Source: Lama glama
Lineage: Eukaryota
Reading direction: 5' to 3'
Assembly (NCBI GenBank): GCA_028534125.1
Contig: CM052832.1
Span: forward strand, 22,322,001-22,386,000
DNA: 64,000 nt
The notes beneath the pieces were generated by a model. That model made no database searches and was not told where the DNA came from. It worked only from the letters and a program-made list of their open reading frames with translations. The translations under genes and the position numbers were made by a program. Position 1 is the stretch's first letter. Each line of letters opens with the position of its first letter. Positions 1 through 12,793 of the stretch are shown piece by piece.

Positions 1-1399
1 GGCAGATCATCTGAGTGAATCCTAGCCTCGCCACCAGCTGTGTCACTTGCTTTTCGTCTTAGATCTCTCAGCTTCTGTTCCTGCATGATGTCTTTTGCTT
101 CATGCTAAGATTCAAAGACTACTATCAGCCTTTTTAGTGAGCTATTTTATATTATGTGCACACATCCTAGACATTCCCAATTTCTGCGAAATCCCGTGGT
201 CAGCCTTTAAGAGCCAGATAAGACAGTTTGAGTCTCCATCTCACACGTTGCTAGAAGGATTCTCTGATATTGCTTGCGTTTTCTGAGGGCTTCCCTCTCC
301 AGGGCTCCCAGGGCAGCAGCTGGTTACTGCTCTTGGCTTCAGACTGCTCTGCCCTAACATGGGCTTTCCGCTGCAGGACCCCACCCCAGTCCCTTCTCTC
401 AACAGTGTCCTAGCAAGGACTGCTGAGGAGAGCAGAATTTTGAGAGGAGGTTCCAGGGGAAGGGAAGGGATGGGAGGGTGATGACATTACAGCAAGTGCA
501 CTGCCAGAAAAATCTTTAAACTGAATTGTAGATGCCCCTGTTTTAGGTTCCGTGGATTTTTCTTAATTCAGGGCATTTCTTACTGAGCCACCATCTCCCA
601 TTTTTGGCTTCTGCTTGTGGACTCTCCTCAGACCCCTTTCTTTTCCTCAAGATCTTCCTTATATTTCTCCTCCTTCCTTCCTGGTCCCCGCATCTACCTC
701 ACCCCCATTTCTCTCAAACCATGAATGAACAACTCCTAATTCTGTTATTTTCTTATGAAAACATGGAGCTCTTTTCCAGCTGCATCTTTCCTTGGTTGGG
801 CCCTGGGAGTAGCAGGTGGAGGTGGGGCTCACTTTCCTCAACCAAAGACTCATCAAGAAATATTTCCAACACAGAGTCATCTCCTCTGCTGTGAATTATA
901 CCTCATGCCTCTGGAGCTGTTCAGGCTCTTTGTTTAAAATCAGATCCTCGTCCCTTTCTCCCGTCTCCCTCTCTTACAAGCTCTTGATGATAGCCTTAGA
1001 AGTCAGTCTTTCATCTGAATTGTTATTACAACAGCATGGAGTACATGTTGGCGTTTCTGTGTAACATAAACAACAATGGGAAGAAGAAGGACCTATTTGC
1101 TTGTCCTGGTTATGTTGTGCTGATGATTATTTCAAATAGAAAAGTGCTATAGGGTCATCTATTTGATTCCCTCTCAGTTGAGAATTAAGTGGGTCAAGGA
1201 AGAAACAGTCCTCTCCATATCCACCATTGGTGGAAGGGCCAACTCTTTTTTCCTCTGTACTTGCTTAAACAAAGCAAAGCCAAACAAAACAAAAGCCCAG
1301 AATCTCCTGAAAACTCTCAGCAGCCGTGCTCGTGTCTTAATGTCTTCACCTTGTCTGATCCTTCTGGACTCAATGCTTTTTATCTGAACGGATTGAGGG

Positions 1400-1570
1400 G
1401 CCTCAGAGCAGACTCAGAGGCAGGAGGCCTGGGTTTCAGCACTCTGACTGTGACTGGCAGGTTTCCTGACCGTGGGAAAGTCCCTGACGCTCTCCAAGCG
1501 CCGCTCCCTTATCTATAACATGGGGAGGAATCCTACTCACACACTCACGGGATGGAATGAGATTTCATTC
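1400..1570 (+). mobile_element. MIR SINE fragment
   Basis: Degenerate MIR core (gcctgggtttcag...gaccgtgggaaagtccctgac...cttatctataacatgggga...ggaatgagat). Confidence 0.65.
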
Positions 1571-2075
1571 CTTAGGGGCACTTCTTCGGCCAGGAAGTCT
1601 GGAAGCCAAGTGTCTGAGCTGAGCAGCTGCTGTGATGTCAGACGTGTCCGGGCACGTTGCAGGGTTAATTGGCACGCTGGCCAGGTTCAGGCTTGCCGGA
1701 CCTGCTCAGGGCCGGGGCACAGTGACTGGTTTTATTAAATCTGACAATTGGCCCGCGAGAGTAACAACTGGCGCTGTGTCTGACCGGGAGCTAGGACACA
1801 GGTGTGCATGCTGCGTCCAGGAAGGCTGGCTGGGAAGGAGGGAGTGACCACTGTGAGCAGACGAGAAAATGCCATCATACTGTCTTCCTGTCCAGCCTCA
1901 GAGAATCTGTACCACGTTTCCCAAAAGTGGGAACTGGTGTGAGGAGTGCGCCAAGGGCAAGGGGCCTCTCTCTGGAGATGCTCTAGGCTACTGAGATCGA
2001 GGGCAGTGCTCCTACAAGACACAGCACCCTGGGTGGCACTGAACTTATTCAGTAGGATGATGTAGGATACTGTGT

Positions 2076-3224
2076 CCGGGAGAGACTTAGTGGGGCCTGA
2101 GGTTTATAAAATGTTGAGGGCTCTTTTAGGAAAGAATACACAATGACAAACATAGCACAAAAGGGACTATTTCTTTAGAATAATTAGGTAGGTCACAATG
2201 ACTTACACTTTGAAAGAGCTGAAAAGTAGTACAAAGCCCAGAAACACAACAATATATTTTTACTAGTTGTCTGACACATCTCAAGACTTTTTTTTCCTTC
2301 CTTTCTTTGGTGGCTTACTTTTTGATCATTTCTTCACATGACAATGATTTTGTAATATCACTTTCTACAGAGAGAATGAAAACATAATTTGGTCTTTCTA
2401 CTGGGATGGTTAATCAAAATTAATTCTCAATTATTGATTGTTAGGATGAATAAAAGAATGAAGACAATGCAAATGACGCACTCTTTGTAGTGCTCCTACG
2501 GTGTGTGCTCAACACACGCAAGAATTCTGAAAGATTCTATTTTGAGTGATTCCTATAATAAAAGGGAAAAAATATACGGCACATTTATAATGGTACACAC
2601 TGACAAAAGACAATCTCTGTTTTGACTAGATGTTGATGAGAACCAAATTTTCTGCTTACCCATTTACATGCCTAACGTTAGAAAGAATTCCCATGGAGAA
2701 GCTTCTGATGGAGCAGCTTTCAAACCTGTACTCTGCCCATCCCTCTGTGCCAGGCACCTCAGAACCTGTACATGCTGAGTTAGGGCCTCTGGTCCTGCCA
2801 CCTGCATATCTGAACAGCAGGTAAACTGGCACAGAGGGCAGGAGAACTCCTGGAAAGCCATTCCTATACTGGTATAGCTAGCAATAACTTAAATACATCT
2901 GGAAGTGACTTTGAACCAGATAAGTGATCCCGTTAAATCCAAAATAAACTTCCCTTCACCAGATTCCAAAGATGCCCCTGGCCCCTCCAATCAATGCCTT
3001 TGAAGGTGAAGTGAAGTATAATGGAGGGGAAATCAAAGAGGAGAGAGAATGTGGCCTTGACCCCTTGTAACTAAAATATTTTAACTCTGTAAATTTTAGG
3101 GAAAAAATCATGACCATGTGAAATCATTGCCGGGGCATTTTCCTGGTTCTTTGAAGGGGACCATGAAAGTAAGGGGGAGTCCCCAAACTTAAGCTTCATT
3201 ATCTTTTTAGGAAATATACCTCTG
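2076..3224. mobile_element. hAT-Tip100 (Zaphod-like) DNA transposon relic
   Basis: Left end tggggcctgaggtttataaaatgttgagggctctttt and right end aacttaagcttcattatc...tatacctctg resemble the recalled Zaphod-type termini; the AT-rich interior (gacaatgattttgtaatatcactttctacagagaga) also fits. Confidence 0.6.
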
Positions 3225-3384
3225 GCTGAAACAGATAAAAATCTGAATTTCAGGGGCTTAACCTAACAGTTCATATTGGTTGACATGAAGACCCGTTGGT
3301 GGGACGCTTTGGCACCTTCAGCAAGTGCCTTGAGCATTAACAACTAGCTGCCAGACAGGGGGCGGGGGGAGGTGGAGAGAGGGG

Positions 3385-3391
<7 letters not shown>

Positions 3392-3436
<45 letters not shown>
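3392..3436. repeat. (GA)n microsatellite
   Basis: Pure AG dinucleotide run seen directly. Confidence 0.97.
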
Positions 3437-3438
<2 letters not shown>

Positions 3439-3439
3439 A

Positions 3440-3609
3440 TGAGGGAGGTTTTACTGGCCACGCCAGGAAATGGTACTTCTTCCCAGAGTCTATTGGCTGG
3501 AACTCAATCATGGGGCCATGTACCTGTGAAGGAGGCTGGGAAATACAATCTAGCTGTGCCAGGAGAAAGAGGAAACACATTAGGGTAAATCGCAGTAGTC
3601 TCTGACACA
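3440..3609 (-). mobile_element. MaLR LTR fragment (MLT1J/K/L-like)
   Basis: gaaggaggctgggaaatacaatctagctgtgccaggagaaagaggaaac...gtctctgacaca is the reverse complement of the old MLT1 5' end. Confidence 0.7.
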
Positions 3610-5046
3610 AGAGGAGACAGAACTTTGCCTCAGTGGGGACTGGAGTGACAGGACCACAGCAAGACGACACCACTGGAGCCACAGGAGGCACTGAAAGGCC
3701 ATCATGAGGTCTGGGGACCCCCAGTATCCTCCTGAACCAGGGAAGATGTTTGGAGCTGTGATACAAGAAGGGTGCTGTGACTGTTCACAGAAACTACTGC
3801 TTCATTACTAGTTTTTTACTCTTTGTACCTCCCACACTACTGTGCTTTAAGGAAACCTGCCTGGAAACCAGCCTAAGGGATGATGGTGATAATGCTGACT
3901 GTGAGTAAAGAGATTTTTAGGGAGAAGTTTGCAAAGTCTGGTCCCTAAATTCCACCTACTGTCATTCCCTGAAGGGGTCCCCCAAGGACTGTTTTCATTA
4001 GACCGTCAGCACCAAGAGTGACCACGGCTCAATCACTTTTGGGTCCCAGTGCATAGCAGGGTGTTACACTTTAGATTGTTCGAATTTTCCTTTTTCTGTT
4101 CTAAATATATAAGCGTTTCAGAAACACGAAACTTTTTTGATATGTAGCATTGCTAAGAGCCTTGACAGATATTAATGCTCAAGTTCAATGAATTACGTTC
4201 ATTTTGCTCCACAATCCCTGAATATTCCGTAATTAATCGAACTTGCGGTCTTGCTTTAAGATTGATTCTTTCCATTAGACCTCTTCTGCAACAATCAAAG
4301 AAGAAACATAAGGCTTATGTATAAAAATTATTTTTGGCTCCCTTGGAATATGGAAATTCTCTAAATCAGTTGGAAAAGGTAAGTTCTTCATTTCTTCTGG
4401 CAAATGGAAAATTACTTTTCTCTTGAAGCTTTTTTCTCCAAGTAAGTTAAAAATCCATTAGTAAATTAGGCTTAGCTGGGTCCATTCACTGATGATATCT
4501 GATCCTTGGAACCTCTCAAGGAAAATCAATGTGTGGCTTTTCAGTTAATTAACATAATGTTAATAGAATGTACAATACCAGCATAGCTGGAACCCTCATA
4601 CTCAGTGTTCTGCTCAGGCTGAGCGAGCAGAAATGGCTGATTGATATTTTTTCAAATCTGGGTTACTCAAGAGAAGACGAGCACAGAAGATTCTCAGTTT
4701 AAAATGGCACTTGTCTGCATGACCCTATGTGCTTGCTCGATGGGGTTTGTGAAAGCAGGAAGGAAGAGCTAGAGTAAAGCTAAAATGAGAAGGATTAAAG
4801 TTCTGTCCAGGTACGGGCAATTAGTGTCAGCAGTGGGAGCTGAACAATAGATTCAAATTCAGCCTTCTGAGACGTGGAGCTTGAGGAAGGGCATGACGAC
4901 AAAGTGGGGGCTATTCGATGAATTACTTGTGTGGTTTCTCTGGTTAGAGGCTGTACCCATGAACAATAGACTCATAGCTCAAGGAGCAAAAAACAGCCCT
5001 GATCCCAAGGTATGCAGATATTTCCTCCCTCTCCTGCTCTCATTAA

Positions 5047-5796
5047 AAAAAATTATATGGTGAAACACACATGACATAAAATTTACCATTTTAACCATTT
5101 TTAAGTGTATTAAGTACATTCTCATTTTTGGGCAGCCATTACTATCATGCAGAACTCATTTTATCTTGCGAAACCAAGACTCCAAACCCACAAAACAGTA
5201 ACTCTCCTTTCCCTCTGCTCCCTGGCCCCTGGAATCCATCTCTCTACTTCCTGTCTCCATGAATTCGACTCCTCTAGGTGTCTCATGTAAGTGGAACAAT
5301 ACAGTGTCTTTGTGATTGGCTTACTTCACTTAACATAATGTCCTCACAGTTTATCCTTATTGTCGCATATGACAGTGTTTCCTCCCTTTTTAAGGCTAAA
5401 TAATATTCCCATGGTATATATCCGCCACATTTTGCTTACCAGTTCACCTGTCAGTGGACACTTGGTTTGCTTCCACTTTTTGGCTATTGTGAATTATGCT
5501 GCTATGAACATGGGTGTACAAATATTTCCTTGGATCTCTATTTTTCCATTCTTTTGGGTGTATACTCAGAAGCGGAATTGCTGGATCACATGGTAATTTC
5601 ATTCTCAAGTTTTGAAAAACAGCCATACCATTTTTTGTAGTGGCTGCATCACTACATTCTCACCAATAGTACATAAGGGCTCCAATTTGTCCACCTCCTT
5701 ACCACTTCTTTATCTTTACTTTTTTTCTTTTCTTTTCTTTTAAAAAAATTTTATAATAGCCATCCTAATGGGTAGGAGGTAGTATCATATTGTGGT
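5047..5796 (-). mobile_element. L1 (L1MB-like) ORF2 C-terminus and 3' UTR, 5'-truncated
   Basis: ORF 5444..5626(-) contains LPCDPAIPLLSIHPKE, the L1 ORF2 C-terminal motif; typical L1MB 3' UTR (aaatttaccattttaaccatttttaagtgta). Confidence 0.9.
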
Positions 5797-7039
5797 CTCC
5801 AGGTCAGAGGCTCCATCCAGACACTGCTGGCTGACACTATTTTCTCTCCCCACCAGCTCTTCCCCTAACCCTTTCTGTCTTCCACAGTCCACAGCCTTCT
5901 CTTTCCCCTTCTCCTCTCCAAATCTCATGCACCATCTGCCACAACTAGTGTTCTCATTCACCTCTTCCTGCTTATCTCCTCTTCAGCAGGAAAGTGCTTC
6001 AGAGGCTGACAGCTTAATCTCTCCGCTGATCCCATGTTTCTGAATTCATCATCCTGCCCCTCAGCCTGCTGCCCCTGCATTGCTGCCCAGGCTGAGCAGG
6101 AGGAGGGCAGATGAGGCTGGACCAGACCAAAGGAAAAAAAAAGTAGGGGAGTCATCTGGGCACAGGAATGAAGCTATGGAACCCTGGAGGGCCCTGTGGT
6201 TCTGACATGGGCTTTGTTATTGTTGTCATCATTGAAATTTGTTTATAAAACAAGAAGCAATGGGCACTAAAAAACATCCTGTTGTTTTTTACTTGTTGGT
6301 GGGCGTAGGGTGGGGCATGGCAGAGGCAGGGACAGATGGAGACAGCCCAGAAGGAGGCACGGCTCTACCCACCTCTCCTGCTTTTCCCCACCAGCCAGGT
6401 TCAAAGCCCCTCAATCACACCTCACAGGGCTGCTAAAAATACGTGATGTGGCTACAGACAAAAGAGTCGGTTGGGCCTCTGCAGTGAGAGGATGGGGGTC
6501 TGGAGTAGGAGCTACAGGGCTACTGAGAACGTGACATTGTTCTCCAGAACTGGTCCTGAGTAGAGCAACCAGGCCCGACCTGGAGGGGAGTGGGCTGTTG
6601 GTTTCCTGACCATTCAGTTTACACCAGTGATGGTTGGAGAGGCTGCCCTGAACTCTGAATGGGCAGCTGCTCCTTGCATGGTAGAACTTGGTGGAAGGAA
6701 AATCCAGGAGGGAACTAATTGAGGGTCAGATTTCTTTCCTTCCTTGAGTCTTGCATGACTCACCAGGGAAGAGGAGTCAAGCATGTTGCATTCCTGGATT
6801 TGCCATAATGTCTCCCTGACAGTTCCCTCCTCCCACCTGGGAGCGCTGTTCTCCTTTCCTGACATCTGACCTTTGAGAGGATGGAAAGTCCACTTCAGTT
6901 TGTTGTTTTTCCACCTGCTGCAACAAAGCACTGAGGCTCATAGCAGAGGTGAGGATGGATTTCTGCTTCTCCTGGTGCTCTGTGCCCCCACCTTGATACT
7001 TAATGTATTATGCGAGATGCACCATATAAATGGTAATGT

Positions 7040-7185
7040 ATATATTAATTATATATATATTGAGTATGCTATTTCTTTTATACATATTATTTTATTATAG
7101 TCTTTCTCTCCTTCCTTCCTTCCTCTCTTTTTTCTTCCTTCCTTTCTTTCTTTCTTCTCTCTCTCTCTGTCGTGCTCTCTCTATC
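7040..7185. repeat. Low-complexity TA-rich tract followed by a CT-rich (CCTT/CTTT/CT) tract
   Basis: Seen directly. Confidence 0.85.
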
Positions 7186-8544
7186 AGTCTATCATTTCCC
7201 CTCTGTTTTCAGGAAGGAAGCTGCTCGTGGCTACTTCAACTCTGAGATCTACCCTTTTCTACTCTGCAGTTCATACCTTGAGTGAGGTCACCTGCAGGGT
7301 GGGCTTTCTGTATTGCTAAACAGAAGGCAGCTTTAAATCACTTATTCCTGTTTTTTATTTAAGTTTTCTAAATTTATTTTTCTAGCTGGGAGAAGTTGTA
7401 GCTCATTATGTAGGGAAGAGGGCAGGAAACTCAACTGCAAAAAAGCTTCCTTAAAACATAGACTCATAATGTGAAGACATTAAGGTACACGGCGCTACTA
7501 CAGGTTTTCTTTAAATGCTCGTTTTCCATTCTGTTCCACCTTAGACAGTTCACTGCCCCCCCAACCCCTGCCCCTGCATCAAGGAGGATGTAAGCTCTGC
7601 CTCATATACTACCATTAGTAGCACCTTATGCTTATAAGATCTTTTAATATTTCCAGAACATTCTCCTTTTATTTTCTCTTTGACAAGCATGCACAAATCC
7701 TTCCTATATGCCTCCTTCTCTTCCAAGTCTGGCAGATGGGCTGCACTTTTTTTTTTTCTTTTTTGGCTCATTGGAGGATGCTGTAGGAGAACATACTTAT
7801 GCTTCTGGCACAGAAGTGAAGTGCTGAGGAGTGCAGTTTGGGGAATGAAGCTCAGGTAACGTGTCCACTTTCTGAAAAGGGGGAATTATGATAAAGTGCT
7901 GGAGTTTTGTCACTGTTACTCAACTAGCACGTCTTGGAAGGAAGTAATTGTCATCACCACAGCTGTCTTCTTCCTGCTCCTCTCTCCCCCACCCTAGTGT
8001 ATCATGCAATAGAATACACTTCTGGAACAAATGGAAAAAAAAAAAGCCAACTGTGGCTGGGCAGTGGAAACTGAAGCCAATAAAATAATGAAATTAGGCC
8101 AGACCTTTTGTTACCTATTTTAAAAGACGCTTTCTAGGGCAGCTACATATCACTTGTTTCAATTTAGTTCTTTGAGTTCCAAAAGTTTCACTTCATAAGG
8201 ACACTGTCCTCTGTTATGGCAAGGTTTTTGTTCTTTTTTTTCCTGTCCATTGACAGTGTAAAGGTTGATTTTACAGTGTTAGGGTGTTAGGGTTTTTTGG
8301 CTAAGTTTTCTTCTTGTGGCCATGCGAACTTCACTCATGAATCACAGATGCTGCAGCTGTACTGAAGGGGCTTTAAGAATCTCAAGTGCAAATGCCATGA
8401 TTAGCAAAATAGCAGTCTCACAACTACAAGTGGGAAGGGCCCAATTTTGTTCAGCTTCACTCCTGGAAGGAAGGAATAGTACTGCAATGTTTGGCAAAGG
8501 AAAAAGTTGTGGAGTCCACAGAACAAGTCAAAAGTCAATCGTAA

Positions 8545-9140
8545 GAAGTTTGGCAGTTTCTTGTGAAGTTAGACCTGTACCTACTGTATGACTCCCCAAA
8601 TCCACTCAGAAGTATCTACTCACAATAAACAAGTAAAGTATGTTCACAAAAATCTTTTACAAGAATGTCCATAGTAGCTTTTTTCATAACAACCCAAGAC
8701 TGGATATGTACAAACGTCCATGAACAAGAGAAGGGATAAACACATTACGGTATATTTGTAATTATGGAATACTACTCAACAACAAAAAAGGAATGAATTA
8801 TAGATATATTAAAGAACAGGGACAACTCTCTTACAGAAATTATGTTGTGTGAAAGAAGACAAACACAAGATAGTACATATTTCATGATTTCACTTACGCA
8901 AAGCTCTAAAACAGGCAAAACGAATCATTAACGATAAAAATCAGAAGAGAGTTGACTCTGAGGAGCAGAGAGCAGGGATCGACTAAGAAGCAGCGTAAGA
9001 GAACCTTCTGAGGTAAGGGAGCTGTTCCGCATCTTGACGGAGTATGGGTGCTGTAGCATTTATATTTGTCAAAAGTCATCAAAACTCAAACTTAAAATAC
9101 CACGTTTTGCATTTCATGGAATACAAGTTTTCTCTTAAAA
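8545..9140 (+). mobile_element. Old L1 (L1MD/L1ME-like) 3' region
   Basis: ggcagtttctt...tatgactccccaaatccactc...acaagaatgtccatagtagctttttt...atggaatactactcaac...attatgttgtgtgaaagaagacaaacac. Confidence 0.8.
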
Positions 9141-9174
9141 CTTTGGAATACGAACACAATGAACAAATGAACAG

Positions 9175-9390
9175 TGTATGTGTGTGTGTGTATATATATA
9201 TACAATATATGCGTAAACTAAAAAAATATGTGCAGTATATTTTATATATGTATTTACATGCAATATATTGTATATGTGCCATCAAATAGTAACAATTCTA
9301 CCTAATAAAACTGAAAAATGAAAAAAGGACTACAGATATATATATATATATATATATAAATGGTAGTGTGTGTGTGTGTACATATATAAG
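9175..9390. repeat. (TG)n/(TA)n microsatellite cluster
   Basis: Seen directly. Confidence 0.85.
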
Positions 9391-9454
9391 TTAATAGCCA
9401 ATGTGAGTATGGTGTCCCAGAACTGGACTTTTTATGAATTCCTGGTGCTGTGGT

Positions 9455-9635
9455 TGTGATTTCCAAAATCTGGCCACACATTAGACTTACCTGTGGAGCT
9501 CACATTCTGCAGGATGCCTGGGACTGACTCACCGCCAGAGATTCTGATTCAGCGGGTTATGGTTCAGGAATCTGTATTTCTGAGTAAATTCCAGAGCTTC
9601 TAAGATGCACCCTGGGGGAGAGATTTCTGGGGTTT
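9455..9635. mobile_element. MER5A-like hAT-Charlie MITE
   Basis: cacattagacttacctgtggagct...gatgcctggg...ccagagattctgattcag...ggaatctgtattt. Confidence 0.75.
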
Positions 9636-9899
9636 AGTTAGCAGTAGACATTTTTAAAAGACCTCTGTAATATCTAGTCACTATCACATCTTCTGTTTTT
9701 GAGTTGTGATCCTGGTGAATAAAATGGTAAGTGCTTTTATTCAAACTTATGTGTGTCTTTAGAAGAGAAACAGGTGAGAAGTGAAGACAGAGGAAAAGAA
9801 CTAACATATATTGAGTCTAGGATATGCCCGGGAGGTTGTTAGGCATTTGATGTAGATAATTTCATTTAAATTCTCTAAGAAGCACACTTATCATTTATT

Positions 9900-10512
9900 A
9901 TCTATTTTCATTGCAATCACCATAGTCCAGGCCCTCAGCTATTACTAGTCTTGCCTTTTAAGCACCAGCAAAACCAACTTTCTTGCAAATCTCTTAATAG
10001 GTTGGGCTATTTCAGGGCCCCAGGCCTTTGCAATGCCCCTTAGTCTGCTGGATGTATTCCTGCTCATCTTTTAAGACTCAGCTTAAGTATCCCACATTAT
10101 ATGTAGTCCTTCCTGCTCCTTCTCTTACACTTTTGGGGAAATTTCATTCCTCTTCAAGCAGAAATTGTATCTGCTGTCCTAGGATTTATACCAAAGTGTG
10201 ATTTGGAGTTCTTTCATATGAATTAGAGATACTCATTGGTCACTGATTTAATGCTAAATCTACTTAAATGGAGAAAACAGTACAAATAAAACTTTTGGCA
10301 GTCAAATGTGGGTTTGCTTTCAACTGATTTCTACTTTTAGTACTACATCTATCACATGGCACTATAATCTTTAATGTTCTCTCTCACCCACTAGACAAAG
10401 ATGTCCCTGAAACCAAGATCTTAGTCATCTTTGTCATCCCAGGACCTGGCACAAAACTTGGCCCTTATTCAGTGCCCAGTAAATTATTGTTGAATAAATG
10501 AATGGATGAAGG
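9900..10512 (+). mobile_element. L2 LINE fragments including the 3' end
   Basis: cactagac...catctttgtcatcccaggacctggcaca...cagtaaattattgttgaataaatgaatggatgaa matches the L2 3' terminus. Confidence 0.7.
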
Positions 10513-10779
10513 AAAGAGATTACCTTTTTTCTCCTTAAATCTAGCTTGTACCCAGGTAAATAGTGAATTTTCAGTAATAACCCACTGACAAAATAATATG
10601 GAAACTCTTAAAATGGATTTCAAGGGTTGCCATAATTACCATCTGCCCTCCCCTCTAGCTTTAACTAATCTTGTGGACTATTGATTACTAAATTTAATCT
10701 GGTCAAGATAAACTGACTCATTCCTTAAATATCATATGCTTTTTTTCTCCATGGCTTTGGTTAAATTATCCTCTACTCC

Positions 10780-10965
10780 ATGGTATAATGGAAAGAGCAT
10801 ATGAAGTCTCAAGAGCTGAGAATGGGTCTCAGTTCCCACTATATTTCCATATTAGCTGTGTGACTTTGGTCAGATGACAATATCTCTGAGCTTTGTTTTT
10901 TTTTCATTTATGAAATGGGATAATATCTGCAATAACATATATAGATTGTCCTGGAAGCTGTGCAA
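10780..10965 (+). mobile_element. MIR SINE
   Basis: atggtataatggaaagagca...tagctgtgtgactttggtcagatgacaatatctctgagctttgttt...atgaaatggga. Confidence 0.8.
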
Positions 10966-11019
10966 ATTTTATTATTATTATGTTCTACATTATTATTACA
11001 GCTATAAAAAGAAATGGAG

Positions 11020-11020
11020 A

Positions 11021-11056
<36 letters not shown>

Positions 11057-11058
11057 TA
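11020..11058. repeat. (ATT)n microsatellite
   Basis: Seen directly; it produces the poly-Ile stretch in ORF 10874..11086. Confidence 0.95.
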
Positions 11059-11711
11059 TTGTCATCCAAGACACCCTTCACTATGAAGCTTAAGGCCCAA
11101 GTCCTTTTTTAAGTTTGGAGGGCCTGCATTTTTTCCTGAACTGTCTAAACCACTAACGATGGCACTTCATCATATACTATCATTGTTATTATTTAACTGT
11201 TTCATGTATACATGGTCTTTCTCTCCAAACAGATTGGAGCCTCTCATGGACAAGGGCAGGGAACTTGTGTTACTCTTATTTTTATGCCCTTGATCACTTA
11301 GGGGTGCACAAGAGATATTAAATTGTATCAACATTAAACTGTCTTTAGTATACTCTCTGATGAAAAGGTACACAGCTACTATTTGAATATCTTCCCCCAG
11401 GCATAAAAAGGCAATCCATTCTATTTTTGGATAATTCAATTCCATGTTCTTCTCAGTTCCACTCACCGGCACAAGTTCTGCCGTCTGGAGGCACACTGAA
11501 AGGTCTAGCCCTTTAGTCATGTCACCAATGCCTGAATTGTTTTTAGTTTGTGAGTGTCCCTCTTCAAATGATGTTTCCAGAGCAAACACAATTAATTCAA
11601 TTCAGCTGATGTCTTAAAGCAATGTATCATGTGGGCAGGACTGACCATGATCTGCATTGAAGTTGTCAAACATGTATCACTCTTTTCTATGATGTCCTTT
11701 TCTTTCCCATC

Positions 11712-11918
11712 AGGTTTATTGGTGTGTAATTTACATGCAGTATAACTGTAATATACTGTCCTATGATTTTTGATGAATGCATACCGTTGTGCAACCACAC
11801 CACAATCAAGATATAGAACAGTTTCATCACTTTCCTTCTTTTGTAGCCAACCCTACCTTTCATCCTCAGCCCCTGGCAACCACTAATCCACTGTCTGTTT
11901 CTATGGTCTTGCCTTTTC
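11712..11918 (-). mobile_element. L1 (L1MC-like) 3' end
   Basis: tttattggtgtgtaatttacatgcagta...caccacaatcaagatatagaacagtttcatcac...cccctggcaaccactaatc. Confidence 0.85.
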
Positions 11919-12793
11919 TTGCCTCTTGATTACTGAAGTGCAATATAGTTTTAGTTATGAGGGTCCCCAGTAGGACTGCACAAGGTACATGACAAGACGT
12001 AGAATAAAGAATTTTTTTTAAAGGATGAGAAAAAAATAAGTAAGTGAAAGAGAATTTGAAAAGGGAGGAAAGAGCCTGGAAAGAGGAAAAGAAAGGCCAA
12101 GCAATGGGCCTATAGTTGTGATAGAAGGTGTCTTAGATGTTGGTATAACATTGGTTTGAAAATCTTAGCTGCCACAGAGGTGAGCTAACCCATTATACTG
12201 ATTGGAAACTAGAGAACATGCAGCTGATTGCACAGAAGGAAAGCTAATCTCCAGAGCCACGGTACTCAAGAATAGTGAGAATGAAGAGAATGCGTCCTCT
12301 ACCACATCTGCAACCACTGTCCACGGTGCTGAATATTCATCACATGTTAGCACATTTATATATCTCACCTTTGGATTCTGATGACTTCTATTTGACCTGA
12401 CCTCTCCCAGGAATTCAGATCTAGGTGTAAGCCAAAGTTTTTTTTTTTTTTTGAATAGAATCTAATGTGGGTTTGGGAGATTGACTTTTGGAGAGACAAT
12501 TTCAGAAATTCAGAGAGACATTTGTTTTAAAATAATTTTCAAACAGTTGCAGCTGCCTTAAAAATCTTTTTTTCCTGGCCAGTTGGGAAGACATATTTCC
12601 TCTTCTCTTCCTGACCTGTTCATTTTTGTAGTTAATGATTTGCACCACAGATTGGGTTAGCCATAACTTTCCTCCTGGGTTAACTCCTCTTTGGAAGGTG
12701 CTCAGGGTTAAGTGTCTCGAGGTTTGAGTTCTGATCTCAGCTGTTCATCAGCTAGCTGGCTAACTGCTCTGCTGCCTCTCAAGGCTTAGGAAT

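Noticed and set aside
8278..8293. ttagggtgttaggg as an interstitial telomeric repeat
   Set aside because: Only two interrupted units, consistent with chance.
9198..9275. 13-bp inverted repeat (atatacaatatat / atatattgtatat) as a miRNA-like hairpin
   Set aside because: It sits in TA-rich low-complexity sequence where self-complementarity is expected.
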